From Cyanobacteriota bacterium (GTDB lineage: Bacteria; Cyanobacteriota; Cyanobacteriia; Thermostichales; Thermostichaceae): a stretch of DNA of 64,000 bases. Below are positions 19,506-29,712 of the stretch, piece after piece. The DNA is taken from NCBI GenBank assembly GCA_033764955.1, contig JANRIL010000031.1, forward strand, positions 10,534 through 74,533, in the 5' to 3' direction. Position numbers and translations under genes: made by a program. The notes under the pieces were generated by a model. It was not told where the DNA came from, did not search any database, and saw nothing but the letters and a program-made list of their open reading frames with translations. How positions within the stretch are numbered: the stretch's first letter is position 1; each line of letters starts with the position of its first letter.

Positions 19506-20876
19506 TTGCAAATACAGGTTTTAGGGCTGGGATCCGCCGGAGAGGCTGCCGCGCAGTTGTTGGCGGCTCAGCAGCACCAGGTGATCGTACTAGATGAACA
19601 GGATTCCCCACTTTTGCAGCGGCGACTGGCCGGCCTGCAAGGAGTAAGCGGGATATTGGGAGAACCCTTTGCCCTGCTGCCGGAGACCAAACGGGTTGTG
19701 GTTAGCCCAGGCATCCGTTGGCAGCATCCGGTGCTAGAACTGGCTCGCACCCAAGGGATTGAGGTGATGGGGGAGGCCGAACTGGCTTGGCGCCACCTAG
19801 ATCATTTGCCCTGGGTGGGAATCACCGGCACCAACGGCAAAACCACCACCACGGCATTGATTGCCGCTATGTTTGCCGCGGCGGGGTGGCAGGCTCCCGC
19901 CTGTGGCAATATTGGTCTGCCCCTTTGTCGAGTAGCCAAAGAAACTCTGCAAGGTCACCGCCAGCCAGATTGGATTGTGGCCGAACTGAGTAGCTATCAA
20001 CTGGAGGCTTCCAGCCGTCTGGGGCAGAGAGAGAGGGATCCCTTAGGCATTGGAGTATGGACGACCTTTACCCCCGATCATCTGGAGCGGCACGGAACCT
20101 TGGAAAATTATGCGGCGATCAAAGCTCGTCTGCTGGATTGTGTGGGGCTACGGGTTATCAACGGCGATGATGCCTATTTACAGGGGCGATGCCGGGATTG
20201 GCCCAACACCCTCTGGACGTCCATCCATAGCGGTGATGCTCCGGTTCGTCTAGCCGGAGGGAACTTGTGGATCGAGTCCAAGTGTTTAGGTTCGATTGCT
20301 CCCTTTGCACAGAAGATGCCTGGGCAGCACAATCAACAAAATCTGCTGATGGCGGCGGCAGTGGCTCATCTGGCCAGTTTGCCGGATCAAGCCATCCAAA
20401 CAGTGATTCACGAGTTTGCGGGCGTTCCCCACCGCTTGGAAACAGTGCGCGTCCAGGCTCATATCCGCTGGATCAACGATAGCAAAGCCACCAACTATGA
20501 TGCGGCTGAAGTGGGGCTGGCGGCGGTTGCCCCACCCATCCTTCTGATTGCTGGCGGGCAGGCCAAACAGGGGGATGACCGGGCTTGGCTGGCGCTGATT
20601 CGAGAAAAAGTGGCTTTTGTTTATTTGATCGGAGAAGCTGCCCCTCGCTTTGCTCGCCGTCTAGAGGAGATCCACTATACTAGCTACCAGATTGCCCACA
20701 CACTAGATGTGGCGGTTAGCTTAGCTCATCAGCAGGCCAAAACACTTCAGGGATCCGTTTCTTCGCAACCGATCACGGTGTTGTTTTCTCCGGCCTGTGC
20801 CAGTTTCGATCAATTTTCTAACTTTGAACACCGTGGCGACGTCTTCCGTCAATGCTGTTATCAATTGGTCGAGTGA
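19506..20876 (+). CDS. murD: UDP-N-acetylmuramoyl-L-alanine--D-glutamate ligase
   Basis: ITGTNGKTTT, ELSSYQL, NDSKATN and SPACASFDQF motifs. Confidence 0.97.
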   Translation: MQIQVLGLGSAGEAAAQLLAAQQHQVIVLDEQDSPLLQRRLAGLQGVSGILGEPFALLPETKRVVVSPGIRWQHPVLELARTQGIEVMGEAELAWRHLDHLPWVGITGTNGKTTTTALIAAMFAAAGWQAPACGNIGLPLCRVAKETLQGHRQPDWIVAELSSYQLEASSRLGQRERDPLGIGVWTTFTPDHLERHGTLENYAAIKARLLDCVGLRVINGDDAYLQGRCRDWPNTLWTSIHSGDAPVRLAGGNLWIESKCLGSIAPFAQKMPGQHNQQNLLMAAAVAHLASLPDQAIQTVIHEFAGVPHRLETVRVQAHIRWINDSKATNYDAAEVGLAAVAPPILLIAGGQAKQGDDRAWLALIREKVAFVYLIGEAAPRFARRLEEIHYTSYQIAHTLDVAVSLAHQQAKTLQGSVSSQPITVLFSPACASFDQFSNFEHRGDVFRQCCYQLVE

Positions 20877-21963
20877 GGCTCGCCTGCTGCGCTGGCTGAC
20901 CATGCTGTGGGTAGCGGTGGGCTTAGTTATGCTCTTTTCGGCTTCTTATCCGATTGCCCAAGAATCCACCGGAGACGGACTGTATTTTGTCAAGCGGCAG
21001 GCACTCTGGATAGGCTTGGGAACGGGAGCCTTTAGCTTGCTGGTACGACTCCCGACCCGTGTTTGGTGGCGTCTGGCTGGACTCTTGTGTTTGATCAGTA
21101 TCCTCACCGTCTGGGCCACCCACATCCCTGCTATCGGTGTGGAACGGCTGGAGGCAACCCGCTGGTTGAGCTTAGGGCCGATTTCGGTGCAACCCTCTGA
21201 GTTTCTCAAGCCCCTCTTGGTGCTTCAGGGATCCCTCTTGTTTGGCCGTTGGTATCACCACTCCCTCCTCTACCGCTGTGGCTGGCTGGCCATCTTTGCC
21301 CTCGGCTTGTTGGGGATCCTCACCCAGCCCAATCTGGGCACCACCGCGATCTGCGGCTTAACGCTCTGGGTGATGGCTTGGACGGCGGGCTTGCCGATCG
21401 GGAGTCTTGTGGGCAGTGCCCTGTTAGGGTTACTGATGGCGGTTGCCAGCATCCTGACTAAGGACTATCAACGGCGGCGGGTGATGGCGTTTTTGGATCC
21501 CTGGGCCAGCGCGCAAGGGGATGGCTATCAACTGATTCAAAGCCTGATGGCGATTGGTTCGGGTGGGGTGTGGGGACAAGGGTTTGGCCTTTCTCAACAA
21601 AAACTCTTTTATTTGCCGATTACCTACACCGATTTCATCTTTTCTGTGTTTGCTGAGGAGTTTGGTCTGATCGGATCCCTACTCTTTTTGGCTTTGTTGA
21701 CCGCCTATACGCTACTGGGGCTACGGGTCATGTTGCTCAGCCATGAGATGACCCACCGTCTGATCGTCTGTGGATCCCTGGGCTTTCTGGTGGGGCAGTC
21801 GATTCTCAACTTAGGGGTGGTGAGTGGCGCGTTGCCTACTACCGGTGTTCCTTTGCCCCTCTTTAGTTATGGAGGCAGTTCGGTGTTATCGGGGATGATA
21901 ACGGCAGGATTATTGGTGCGGGTGGCTAGGGAAGTGGGGGGATCCAATGGCGCTAATCGGTGA
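20797..21963 (+). CDS. ftsW: SEDS family cell division protein FtsW
   Basis: EARLLRWLT, QPSEFLK, QPNLGT, GYQLIQS, TDFIFS and SYGGSS; start uncertain and inside murD. Confidence 0.92.
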   Translation: MPVSINFLTLNTVATSSVNAVINWSSEARLLRWLTMLWVAVGLVMLFSASYPIAQESTGDGLYFVKRQALWIGLGTGAFSLLVRLPTRVWWRLAGLLCLISILTVWATHIPAIGVERLEATRWLSLGPISVQPSEFLKPLLVLQGSLLFGRWYHHSLLYRCGWLAIFALGLLGILTQPNLGTTAICGLTLWVMAWTAGLPIGSLVGSALLGLLMAVASILTKDYQRRRVMAFLDPWASAQGDGYQLIQSLMAIGSGGVWGQGFGLSQQKLFYLPITYTDFIFSVFAEEFGLIGSLLFLALLTAYTLLGLRVMLLSHEMTHRLIVCGSLGFLVGQSILNLGVVSGALPTTGVPLPLFSYGGSSVLSGMITAGLLVRVAREVGGSNGANR

Positions 21964-22975
21964 CGGCGCGGGAGGAACGCTGTTGTAGGGGGTTGAGATC
22001 GCTTTCATCAAAGATGTCTCCCACCAATTCCTCCAGAAGATCTTCTAGCGTAATCAGCCCTGTTGTGCCGCCAAATTCATCTACCACAATCGCCATGTGC
22101 TGACGGGAGCGCAGCATGTCTTTGAGGAGAGGGCCAATTCGTTTAGTGGCAGGGACGAAGACAGGTGGGCGCATGACGGCATCGATTTGATCATTTCCTT
22201 TTTCCTCCAGATGGCGGAGAGCCTGCTTGAGATGAATGATCCCAACAATCTCGTCTTTAGAATCTGCCTGCACCGGGATCCGTGAATACCCCGTGGCTAA
22301 GCACAAATCCACCACATCCCGCAGGGTTTTGCTGTGGAGAGTTGTTTCCATCTTCACCCGTGGCTTGGCGACATCTTTGGCCATCACCTGATCAAGGGAG
22401 AGTGCCCCCCGAAACAGGCGGCGCTTTTGCCAATCGAGTAAGCCCCGTTGTCCTAACATATCGATCAGGGTCTCGAGATCTTGCAGCGAGGCTCCTGCGG
22501 TGAGAGGGTTGACCTGTAACCCGCGATAAATTTGGGTGAGCACCCATTCAAAAGCCAACACGACCGGATAGAGTAATCGCGACAGCCAATACACCGGTCG
22601 AATCAATAGCATAAACACCCGCAAGGGATGGCTAAAGGCCAAAGACTTAGGGGTTACTTCCCCAAACAGCAAGATAAGGATGGTTGTGGGGACGGTGGCG
22701 ATCAGCCCTCCCAACTCTTGACCCAACAACTGGATAAACAAGGTCGTGGTCAGTGCCGCCGATCCAATATTGACCAAGTTGTTTCCCAGCAACAGGGTGG
22801 TGATGAAGCGAGAGCGGTGTTGTTGCACCAAGCGATAAATCCCTTGGGGATCCCCAGTTTCGGCAATCAAGGCTTCTAGGCGCAGGTTATCTAGGGCGGT
22901 AATAGCGGTTTCGGCGGCGGAAAAGGCAGCGGAAAAAGCCAACAACACCACTAACAAAAGGGTCATGCCTATCAT
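21953..22975 (-). CDS. CNNM/CBS hemolysin-family (CorC/TlyC-like) membrane protein
   Basis: FSAAETA, LLGNNLVN, FGEVTPK, GYSRIPV and VVDEFGGTTGLITLEDLLEELVG motifs. Confidence 0.92.
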   Translation of the reverse strand: MIGMTLLLVVLLAFSAAFSAAETAITALDNLRLEALIAETGDPQGIYRLVQQHRSRFITTLLLGNNLVNIGSAALTTTLFIQLLGQELGGLIATVPTTILILLFGEVTPKSLAFSHPLRVFMLLIRPVYWLSRLLYPVVLAFEWVLTQIYRGLQVNPLTAGASLQDLETLIDMLGQRGLLDWQKRRLFRGALSLDQVMAKDVAKPRVKMETTLHSKTLRDVVDLCLATGYSRIPVQADSKDEIVGIIHLKQALRHLEEKGNDQIDAVMRPPVFVPATKRIGPLLKDMLRSRQHMAIVVDEFGGTTGLITLEDLLEELVGDIFDESDLNPLQQRSSRAVTD

Positions 22976-23082
22976 CGGGGATCCTTAGTACAGAGAATGG
23001 AGATAGCAGCGGGGGGATAGGACCTCTTTCCTCCTTGCTCTTGATATAGGGACACCCATCTCCCACGCTGGAGAAGCAAAGG

Positions 23083-23706
23083 TTAAGAGATCAGTGTTTG
23101 CCAAAACCAATCCATCATCTGCTTCAACATCTGTACACCAAACACCGCCATGAGTGCTAATAAGGCTGTAATCAGCAGGGTAAATCCGTAGCAAACCATC
23201 ATCAACAACCCATCTGCCTCCAGCATGGCAACCGACAACACCAAGATGCCTGTGGTGGGGATGGGATTGGTGGCCGGGATCGGCAGCATGAGCAGGATGG
23301 TCAACCAAACCAGGACGACCCCATTCAACTGCCAAACCCGAGGATGGTTCGCCCAGCCAGCCCAACGGGGTCGAGCTAACCGTTCCAAGATTTTGCTAAC
23401 CCAACTCATCAACTGCAAGAGGCGCACCGCCAGCGCCGAGGGGAAAGGCATCCGGGCTACTTTGGCGGGCAACCAGGGCTGTTGTCGTCCTAAAGCAATC
23501 TGACCGCTCAACAGCAGCGAGGCGGATCCCAAAATAGAGGTCAAACCGGGAATGGGGGCAGGAATTAAAAATGGCAGAGCCAAAAGAGCAATCAACAAGC
23601 TAAATCCCCGCTCAGAGGTGCGCTCTAAAATATCCCCCAGAGTGAGGGGACGCTCAGCCAGCTCATCGAGCAGAGCATGAATGTCTTGCGAAAATCGCAG
23701 TTGCAT
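23083..23706 (-). CDS. exoD: Exopolysaccharide biosynthesis protein ExoD family
   Basis: RFSQDI, ERGFSLLIALLALPF, PWLP, LPIPATNPIP and EADG motifs; ATG at 23706. Confidence 0.85.
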   Translation of the reverse strand: MQLRFSQDIHALLDELAERPLTLGDILERTSERGFSLLIALLALPFLIPAPIPGLTSILGSASLLLSGQIALGRQQPWLPAKVARMPFPSALAVRLLQLMSWVSKILERLARPRWAGWANHPRVWQLNGVVLVWLTILLMLPIPATNPIPTTGILVLSVAMLEADGLLMMVCYGFTLLITALLALMAVFGVQMLKQMMDWFWQTLIS

Positions 23707-23988
23707 AGTGTTTCCTAAGCTGTCTGAGGGATCCCGTCTTTTGATCGAGCAAGGCTCAACCTCTCTCAATCCGTGAGAGCAAAACCTTGTCGCTGTCATT
23801 TTATGCTGATCGCCACTATAGCCCTGCCACAAGATTCACAAGTCATTTCCCAGATCATACAGACTGGCATCCCCGACGCTCCCGAAGCCTAGGGCAGTCG
23901 CAGTTGCTGGGGATCCCTTTTACCCCCCTCCTCACCTCGGTTAGAGTAAAGTGACAAGATTTCTTCTCCCTCAACCTTGGTGGCTGGC

Positions 23989-26900
23989 ATGACCCATCCT
24001 TTTCTGCGCCGTTTGCAGGAACATGTGCTGGTTTTTGATGGTGCGATGGGCACGTCCATCCAGGCTCAGGGTCTGACCGCAGCAGACTTTGGGGGACCCG
24101 ATCTAGAGTATTGCAACGAATATTTGGTGATCTCAAAACCCGAGGCTATCGAAAAGGTTCATGCCTCCTTTTTGGAAGTCGGGGCAGATGTGATCGAAAC
24201 CGATACCTTTGGAGCCACCTCGATTGTCTTGGCGGAGTTTGGTATCGCCGATCAAGCCTACGGAGTGAATGTGGCGGCGGCTCAGTTGGCCAAACGGGTG
24301 GCGGCTCGCTATTCCACCCCCACTCACCCCCGATTTGTGGCGGGATCCATCGGCCCTGGCACCAAATTGCCCTCCTTGGGTCACATCACCTACGATGCCA
24401 TGAAACTCTCCTACCGCACGCAGGTGGAGGGGTTGATCGCCGGTGGAGTGGATTTGCTGATTGTGGAAACCTGCCAGGATGTGTTGCAAATAAAAGCAGC
24501 ATTGGGGGCAATTCAGGAGGTTTTTCATACCCGTAAGCTGCGCCTGCCTGTGGTGGTTTCCCTCACCTTTGAGGTGCAGGGCACGATGCTGGTGGGATCC
24601 GAAATTGGGGCGGCGCTGGCGATTTTGGAACCCTTTCCCATTGATGTGTTGGGACTTAATTGTGCGACAGGTCCCGACAAAATGACGGAGCATATCCGCT
24701 ATTTATCCAAACATTCCCCCTTTGCCATTTCCTGCATCCCCAACGCGGGTCTACCAGAAAACCTGGGCGGACAAGCCCACTACAAACTCACCCCTGAGCA
24801 AATGCGCTTCCATCTGCAACACTTTGTGCAGGATTTAGGGGTATCGATTGTCGGCGGCTGCTGTGGCACCCGCCCTGACCATATCCGTGCCCTCGTGGAG
24901 GCGGTGGGATCCCTCAAACCTAAGCCCCGCTCCCTAGAGCCAATTCCGGCGGCGGCCTCGTTATTTGCTCCCCAACCCTATCACCAAGACAACTCCTTTT
25001 TGATTGTGGGGGAGCGGGTCAACGCCAGTGGTTCCAAAAAAATGCGGGATCTCCTCAATGCCGAAAACTGGGATGGCCTGGTGGCGCTTGCCCGTGAGCA
25101 GGAGCGGGAGGGATCCCACATTTTGGATGTGAACGTGGACTATGTGGGACGGGACGGTGTGCAGGATATGCGCCAACTGGTGGCACGGTTGGTGGGGATG
25201 ATTCGCATTCCCCTAATGCTAGATTCAACGGAATGGCAAAAGATGGAGGCTGGCCTCAAATTAGCGGGCGGCAAATGTTTGCTCAATTCCACCAACTATG
25301 AAGATGGGGAAGAACGATTTTTGAAGGTACTGGAGTTAGCCAAAACCTACGGAGCCGGAGTGGTGATCGGTACCATCGACGAAGAGGGTATGGCGCGCAC
25401 AGCTCAGAAAAAACTTGCCATTGCCGAGCGAGCCTATCGTCAAGCATTGGAATATGGGATCCCGGCCTACGAACTCTTTTTTGATCCCCTAGCTCTGCCC
25501 ATTTCCACAGGCATTGAAGAGGATCGAGCCAACGGATTTGCCACCCTTCAGGCTATTCAGCAGATCCGTACCCAGATGCCCGACTGCCATATCATTTTGG
25601 GAATTTCTAATGTTTCCTTTGGCTTGAGTGCGGCGGCGCGGGTTGTCCTCAATTCGATGTTTCTGCATGAGGCGCGTGCCGCCGGATTAGACAGTGCGAT
25701 TGTCAGTGCCAGCAAGATTTTGCCCTTGAGTAAAATTGCACCCGATCATCAACGGATCTGCCAAGATTTAATTTTTGATCGCCGACAATTTGATGCTCAG
25801 GGAATTTGCACCTATGATCCCCTCACCGAATTAACCCGTCTGTTTGAAGGGGTGAGTGCCAAAACAACAGGTGGTGTGGATGAATCCTTACCTCTGGAAG
25901 CACGGCTAAAACAACACATTATTGATGGGGAACGGATTGGGTTAGAAGCCCAACTAAAAAAAGCACTGGAGTTGTATCCTCCCCTTGAAATTATCAACAC
26001 CTTTTTGCTAGATGGTATGAAGGAAGTGGGGGAATTATTTGGCTCAGGACAAATGCAACTTCCCTTTGTCTTGCAGTCGGCAGAAACTATGAAAGCCGCT
26101 GTTGCTTTTTTGCAACCCTTCATGGAAAAAACAGAGGGATCCCACAGCAAAGGAACGGTGGTGATCGCCACGGTAAAAGGAGATGTGCATGATATTGGCA
26201 AAAATTTGGTAGATATTATTCTTTCCAACAATGGCTATCGAGTGATCAATTTGGGTATCAAACAGTCGGTGGAGTCCATTATTGACGCCTATCAAGCCCA
26301 TCAAGCCGATTGTGTAGCGATGAGTGGTTTGCTGGTCAAATCCACCGCTTTTATGAAGGAAAATCTTGAGGTTTTTAATGAGCGAGGGATCCGTGTACCG
26401 GTCATTTTGGGAGGGGCTGCCCTGACCCGCCGTTTTGTGGAGGAGGACTGTCAACATACCTATCACGGACGGGTGATTTATGGGCGAGATGCCTTTGCGG
26501 ATCTGCATTTTCTTGACCAGCTTATGCCCGCCAAAGCAGCAGGGTTATGGGATGATCAACAGGGATTTTTGACATCCTCAACGGCTCCCGTCAGCGAGCC
26601 AATCGCTAGCAATGGGATCCCGAAACATGCCCTAGCTACTCCCCCCTCCCCTCTTGCCCCTCCGCCTGTGCATCCGGTGGCTGTCGATCCCGTCATCGAT
26701 ACGGGGCGTTCGCCAGCCGTGGATCCGGATATTGAGCGTCCTATCCCGCCCTTTTGGGGATCCAAACTCTTAGCCGCCGATCAGATCCCTTGGTCGGAGG
26801 TTTTTGCCTACATTGACAAACAGGCTTTGGTGGCGGGTCAATGGCAGATTCGCAAGCCCCGTGACCAATCTGCCGAGGAATTTGCCGACTTTATTCGCCA

Positions 26901-27651
26901 GCAGATCGATCCAGTTATCGAACGGTGGAAAACGCGCATTCTGGAGGAAAATCTCCTCAATCCGCAGGTGGTTTACGGCTACTTTCCCTGTCAGGCGGAG
27001 GGCAATCAAGTCATTCTTTATCAGCCCGCCAGCTTTCCCGAACTTTTTGGCTGGGATCCCTCAGAGACGATTTTTTATCAGCTTCCCACCCACCACCGCC
27101 TAGCGCCCCACCCTTCCCTGGCGGAAGCGGCTCGTTTTACTTTTCCCCGGCAAACCTCTTTGCAACGGCTATGTATCGCTGACTTTTATGCCGAGAAGCA
27201 AAGCGGCGTGATCGACGTTTTTCCCATGCAGGCGGTGACAGTAGGATCCCAGGCCACAACCTTTGCCCAACAGCTATTTGCCGATAACCAATACACCGAC
27301 TATCTCTACTTTCATGGCATGGCGGTGACGCTGGCGGAGGCGTTGGCGGAGTGGACTCATGCCCGGATTCGCCGCGAGTTGGGTTTTGCCGCCGAAGACA
27401 GCTCGGATATGCGGCGCATTTTGCACCAAGACTATCGCGGATCCCGCTATAGCTTTGGCTATCCCGCCTGCCCCCATATCCCCGATCAACGCATCCTCTT
27501 GGCTTTGTTGGGTACCGAACGGATCGGCTTGCAGATGGATGAAAGCGATCAGTTGGATCCCGAACAATCCACCACTGCCCTTGTGGCCTACCATCCGGCG
27601 GCGCGTTACTTCAGTGTGCGGACGGACAAGTCTCCAGAACAGCCGGAATAG
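23989..27651 (+). CDS. metH: Cobalamin-dependent methionine synthase
   Basis: [39 protein letters not shown] and [10 protein letters not shown] motifs. Confidence 0.98.
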   Translation: MTHPFLRRLQEHVLVFDGAMGTSIQAQGLTAADFGGPDLEYCNEYLVISKPEAIEKVHASFLEVGADVIETDTFGATSIVLAEFGIADQAYGVNVAAAQLAKRVAARYSTPTHPRFVAGSIGPGTKLPSLGHITYDAMKLSYRTQVEGLIAGGVDLLIVETCQDVLQIKAALGAIQEVFHTRKLRLPVVVSLTFEVQGTMLVGSEIGAALAILEPFPIDVLGLNCATGPDKMTEHIRYLSKHSPFAISCIPNAGLPENLGGQAHYKLTPEQMRFHLQHFVQDLGVSIVGGCCGTRPDHIRALVEAVGSLKPKPRSLEPIPAAASLFAPQPYHQDNSFLIVGERVNASGSKKMRDLLNAENWDGLVALAREQEREGSHILDVNVDYVGRDGVQDMRQLVARLVGMIRIPLMLDSTEWQKMEAGLKLAGGKCLLNSTNYEDGEERFLKVLELAKTYGAGVVIGTIDEEGMARTAQKKLAIAERAYRQALEYGIPAYELFFDPLALPISTGIEEDRANGFATLQAIQQIRTQMPDCHIILGISNVSFGLSAAARVVLNSMFLHEARAAGLDSAIVSASKILPLSKIAPDHQRICQDLIFDRRQFDAQGICTYDPLTELTRLFEGVSAKTTGGVDESLPLEARLKQHIIDGERIGLEAQLKKALELYPPLEIINTFLLDGMKEVGELFGSGQMQLPFVLQSAETMKAAVAFLQPFMEKTEGSHSKGTVVIATVKGDVHDIGKNLVDIILSNNGYRVINLGIKQSVESIIDAYQAHQADCVAMSGLLVKSTAFMKENLEVFNERGIRVPVILGGAALTRRFVEEDCQHTYHGRVIYGRDAFADLHFLDQLMPAKAAGLWDDQQGFLTSSTAPVSEPIASNGIPKHALATPPSPLAPPPVHPVAVDPVIDTGRSPAVDPDIERPIPPFWGSKLLAADQIPWSEVFAYIDKQALVAGQWQIRKPRDQSAEEFADFIRQQIDPVIERWKTRILEENLLNPQVVYGYFPCQAEGNQVILYQPASFPELFGWDPSETIFYQLPTHHRLAPHPSLAEAARFTFPRQTSLQRLCIADFYAEKQSGVIDVFPMQAVTVGSQATTFAQQLFADNQYTDYLYFHGMAVTLAEALAEWTHARIRRELGFAAEDSSDMRRILHQDYRGSRYSFGYPACPHIPDQRILLALLGTERIGLQMDESDQLDPEQSTTALVAYHPAARYFSVRTDKSPEQPE

Positions 27652-27663
27652 ACCTCTTGACCG

Positions 27664-28407
27664 TTGGCAACATCCAGTTCGGACGCGACAGATTCCCCGG
27701 TAAGATACAGAGACAGGAGACCCAATCAGGGATCCCTCATATCTGGCGCAGCGAGGCTCCAACTGGTGCGAAAAGTTTGGCAAGAACCGTTTCTCTGGGT
27801 TCACCTGGCTGGTTTACTGGCCGTGCCCTTTTGGGTTGCCCTCACCCTGATCGGGTTAGCCACCTCCGATCCCTTGTTGCCGGTGGGGCTGGAGCGCCTG
27901 CTGGTAGGTTTGGCGGGAACGCTGCCCGTGGCGTGGATGCAGGCTAATCGTCCCTTCTACATTTTCAGCATCTTGGTGGTGGCTCTGGATCCCGCCCAGC
28001 TTTCTCTACAACGGCGACGCATCCTATCCGCCTTTTTGGGGTTTGAAGAGAAGCTTTTGGCTCTGCTGGTTTCCCTCCTCCTGTTACAACTCGCCGAACG
28101 GTTTTATCAGATTGCTCCCCTCTTTCAGTCCCTTAGCCCAATTCATCTGGGAGTGAGTTCGCGGTTGCTGGGGTTGCTGATCGCATCGGTTGGTTTTTGG
28201 GGACTCAATCTGTTTGTGCAAGTTCCGGTGGCTGTTTTGCGAATTTTGTTGTTGAGCGATCCCGAATTTGAGCAACTTTCCCCCTTTGCCGTCGATCAAG
28301 TGGCAAACCAGTTCACCATTATTGGACAACAGCGCACAGATTTATGGGTGACAGGGGATGATCCTGTCCCCGAACCTCCCTCTAGCGAAGCCGAATCCTC
28401 AGGTTAG
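27664..28407 (+). CDS. Conserved cyanobacterial membrane protein (low-complexity tail family)
   Basis: WQEPFLWVHLAGL, WMQ..RPFYIFS and NLFVQVPV..L motifs; start uncertain. Confidence 0.7.
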   Translation: MATSSSDATDSPVRYRDRRPNQGSLISGAARLQLVRKVWQEPFLWVHLAGLLAVPFWVALTLIGLATSDPLLPVGLERLLVGLAGTLPVAWMQANRPFYIFSILVVALDPAQLSLQRRRILSAFLGFEEKLLALLVSLLLLQLAERFYQIAPLFQSLSPIHLGVSSRLLGLLIASVGFWGLNLFVQVPVAVLRILLLSDPEFEQLSPFAVDQVANQFTIIGQQRTDLWVTGDDPVPEPPSSEAESSG

Positions 28408-28568
28408 CAGTCTCCTGAGAATTTATTTTTTGCCAACTCTTGGGCGTGAATCTTTTCGTTGATTGAGGGGTAGCCCAGGCCAAGCGGCGAGCCAGATGTT
28501 AGAGTGGGTTAACGGTCTTGCCTCACCCCCAGACCCACTCCAGCACGGGATCCCTCATCGCCACACCT

Positions 28569-29360
28569 ATGGTCAACAGCTTTTCGTCTCGCCTCAAGCT
28601 CTTTACCCAACGCCTGCGAGAAACCACCCAAATCCCTAACTTTTTTGCCGATCAATCCCCCAGCGAAAGCCAAAATTTAGCCAAAGAATTGGCGGAGGCA
28701 GGGGAATGTGTTTTGCAACTCAGTCAAGTGGTGATGGAGGTAGAAATCCTCAATCAATTGCATAGTCGACTGGTTTATGAACGGGAAGTTTTGCAGCAGG
28801 AAAAAACTGATTTAGAAACCCGTGTCTTTGAATTACAACAGGAACGCAGCGAAATTGAACCCCAGGTGATGTACCTGCGGGAGCAACTCAGTCAAGCCAG
28901 CATTCAACTGGAGCAAACCCAAAATCGTGAGCGCAACCTCAGTGATCGAGAACGGCAACTCACCGAAATTGTTGCTCAATTGGAGCGGCGGCGGGCAGTC
29001 CTTAACCAAACCATCGAAAACCTGACAAACCAAGAGGCGGATTACACCGTTCGCACCAAAGAACTCAGCCAAATCGTAACTGAAAGTGACAAAAAGGCCA
29101 AACAATATATGGAGGCGGTCAACTCCTACAAAAGCTATCTGGAAGAACTTCAGGCTCAGGTGATTGAAGAACAAAGCAAATTGAAAGCGATGGGGGTTAA
29201 CCCGTTGGAGCGATCCCTCCCCGATATCCCCACTCCCCCGCCCCCAGAAGCTCCGCCCCTGCCCCCCCGCCGTGCGGATCCTGCCCCCGCTTACCCCGCT
29301 TCGGGCAGCTATTGGGATGAACCCACCTCTTCCCCTTTCAGTGACAATCCCTGGGGTTAG
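28569..29360 (+). CDS. Hypothetical coiled-coil protein with proline-rich tail
   Basis: Long E/Q/L heptad-like region followed by PPPPEAPPLPP. Confidence 0.75.
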   Translation: MVNSFSSRLKLFTQRLRETTQIPNFFADQSPSESQNLAKELAEAGECVLQLSQVVMEVEILNQLHSRLVYEREVLQQEKTDLETRVFELQQERSEIEPQVMYLREQLSQASIQLEQTQNRERNLSDRERQLTEIVAQLERRRAVLNQTIENLTNQEADYTVRTKELSQIVTESDKKAKQYMEAVNSYKSYLEELQAQVIEEQSKLKAMGVNPLERSLPDIPTPPPPEAPPLPPRRADPAPAYPASGSYWDEPTSSPFSDNPWG

Positions 29361-29493
29361 TCCTTCTCCGTGACTGGCTAGCCATGGCTGCAAACACTAG
29401 CCATTGCTGCAAACAACAGTGGGGCTTTCTCTTGTCCCTCTATGCCGCGGGGTTGCGTTTTCCTACATTAGGATATGCGCTTCCAACGTTCTC

Positions 29494-29712
29494 ATGGCTG
29501 ACTTAGGATCCCTGACCACATCAGACCGCCAACTGGTGGATTATGTGCGGCAACAACGAATGCTGCATCCCAAGCAACTGGCGCTGGCTCTCAAAGTGCA
29601 ACGACAAAACCAAGGCCCCCTTGACATGGTGTTGTGGCAACTGGGTTTCATTGAATTGCAGCAGTTGAATCAGTTTTGGGAATTTAGAAACCAGCGGGTC
29701 GAAGCATCCTAA
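29494..29712 (+). CDS. DUF2949-like small protein
   Basis: LALALK...GPLDMVLWQLGFIELQQL motif. Confidence 0.75.
   Translation: MADLGSLTTSDRQLVDYVRQQRMLHPKQLALALKVQRQNQGPLDMVLWQLGFIELQQLNQFWEFRNQRVEAS

Noticed and set aside
23833..23988. Cobalamin riboswitch upstream of metH
   Set aside because: No recognisable B12-box or GGGAA core in the region
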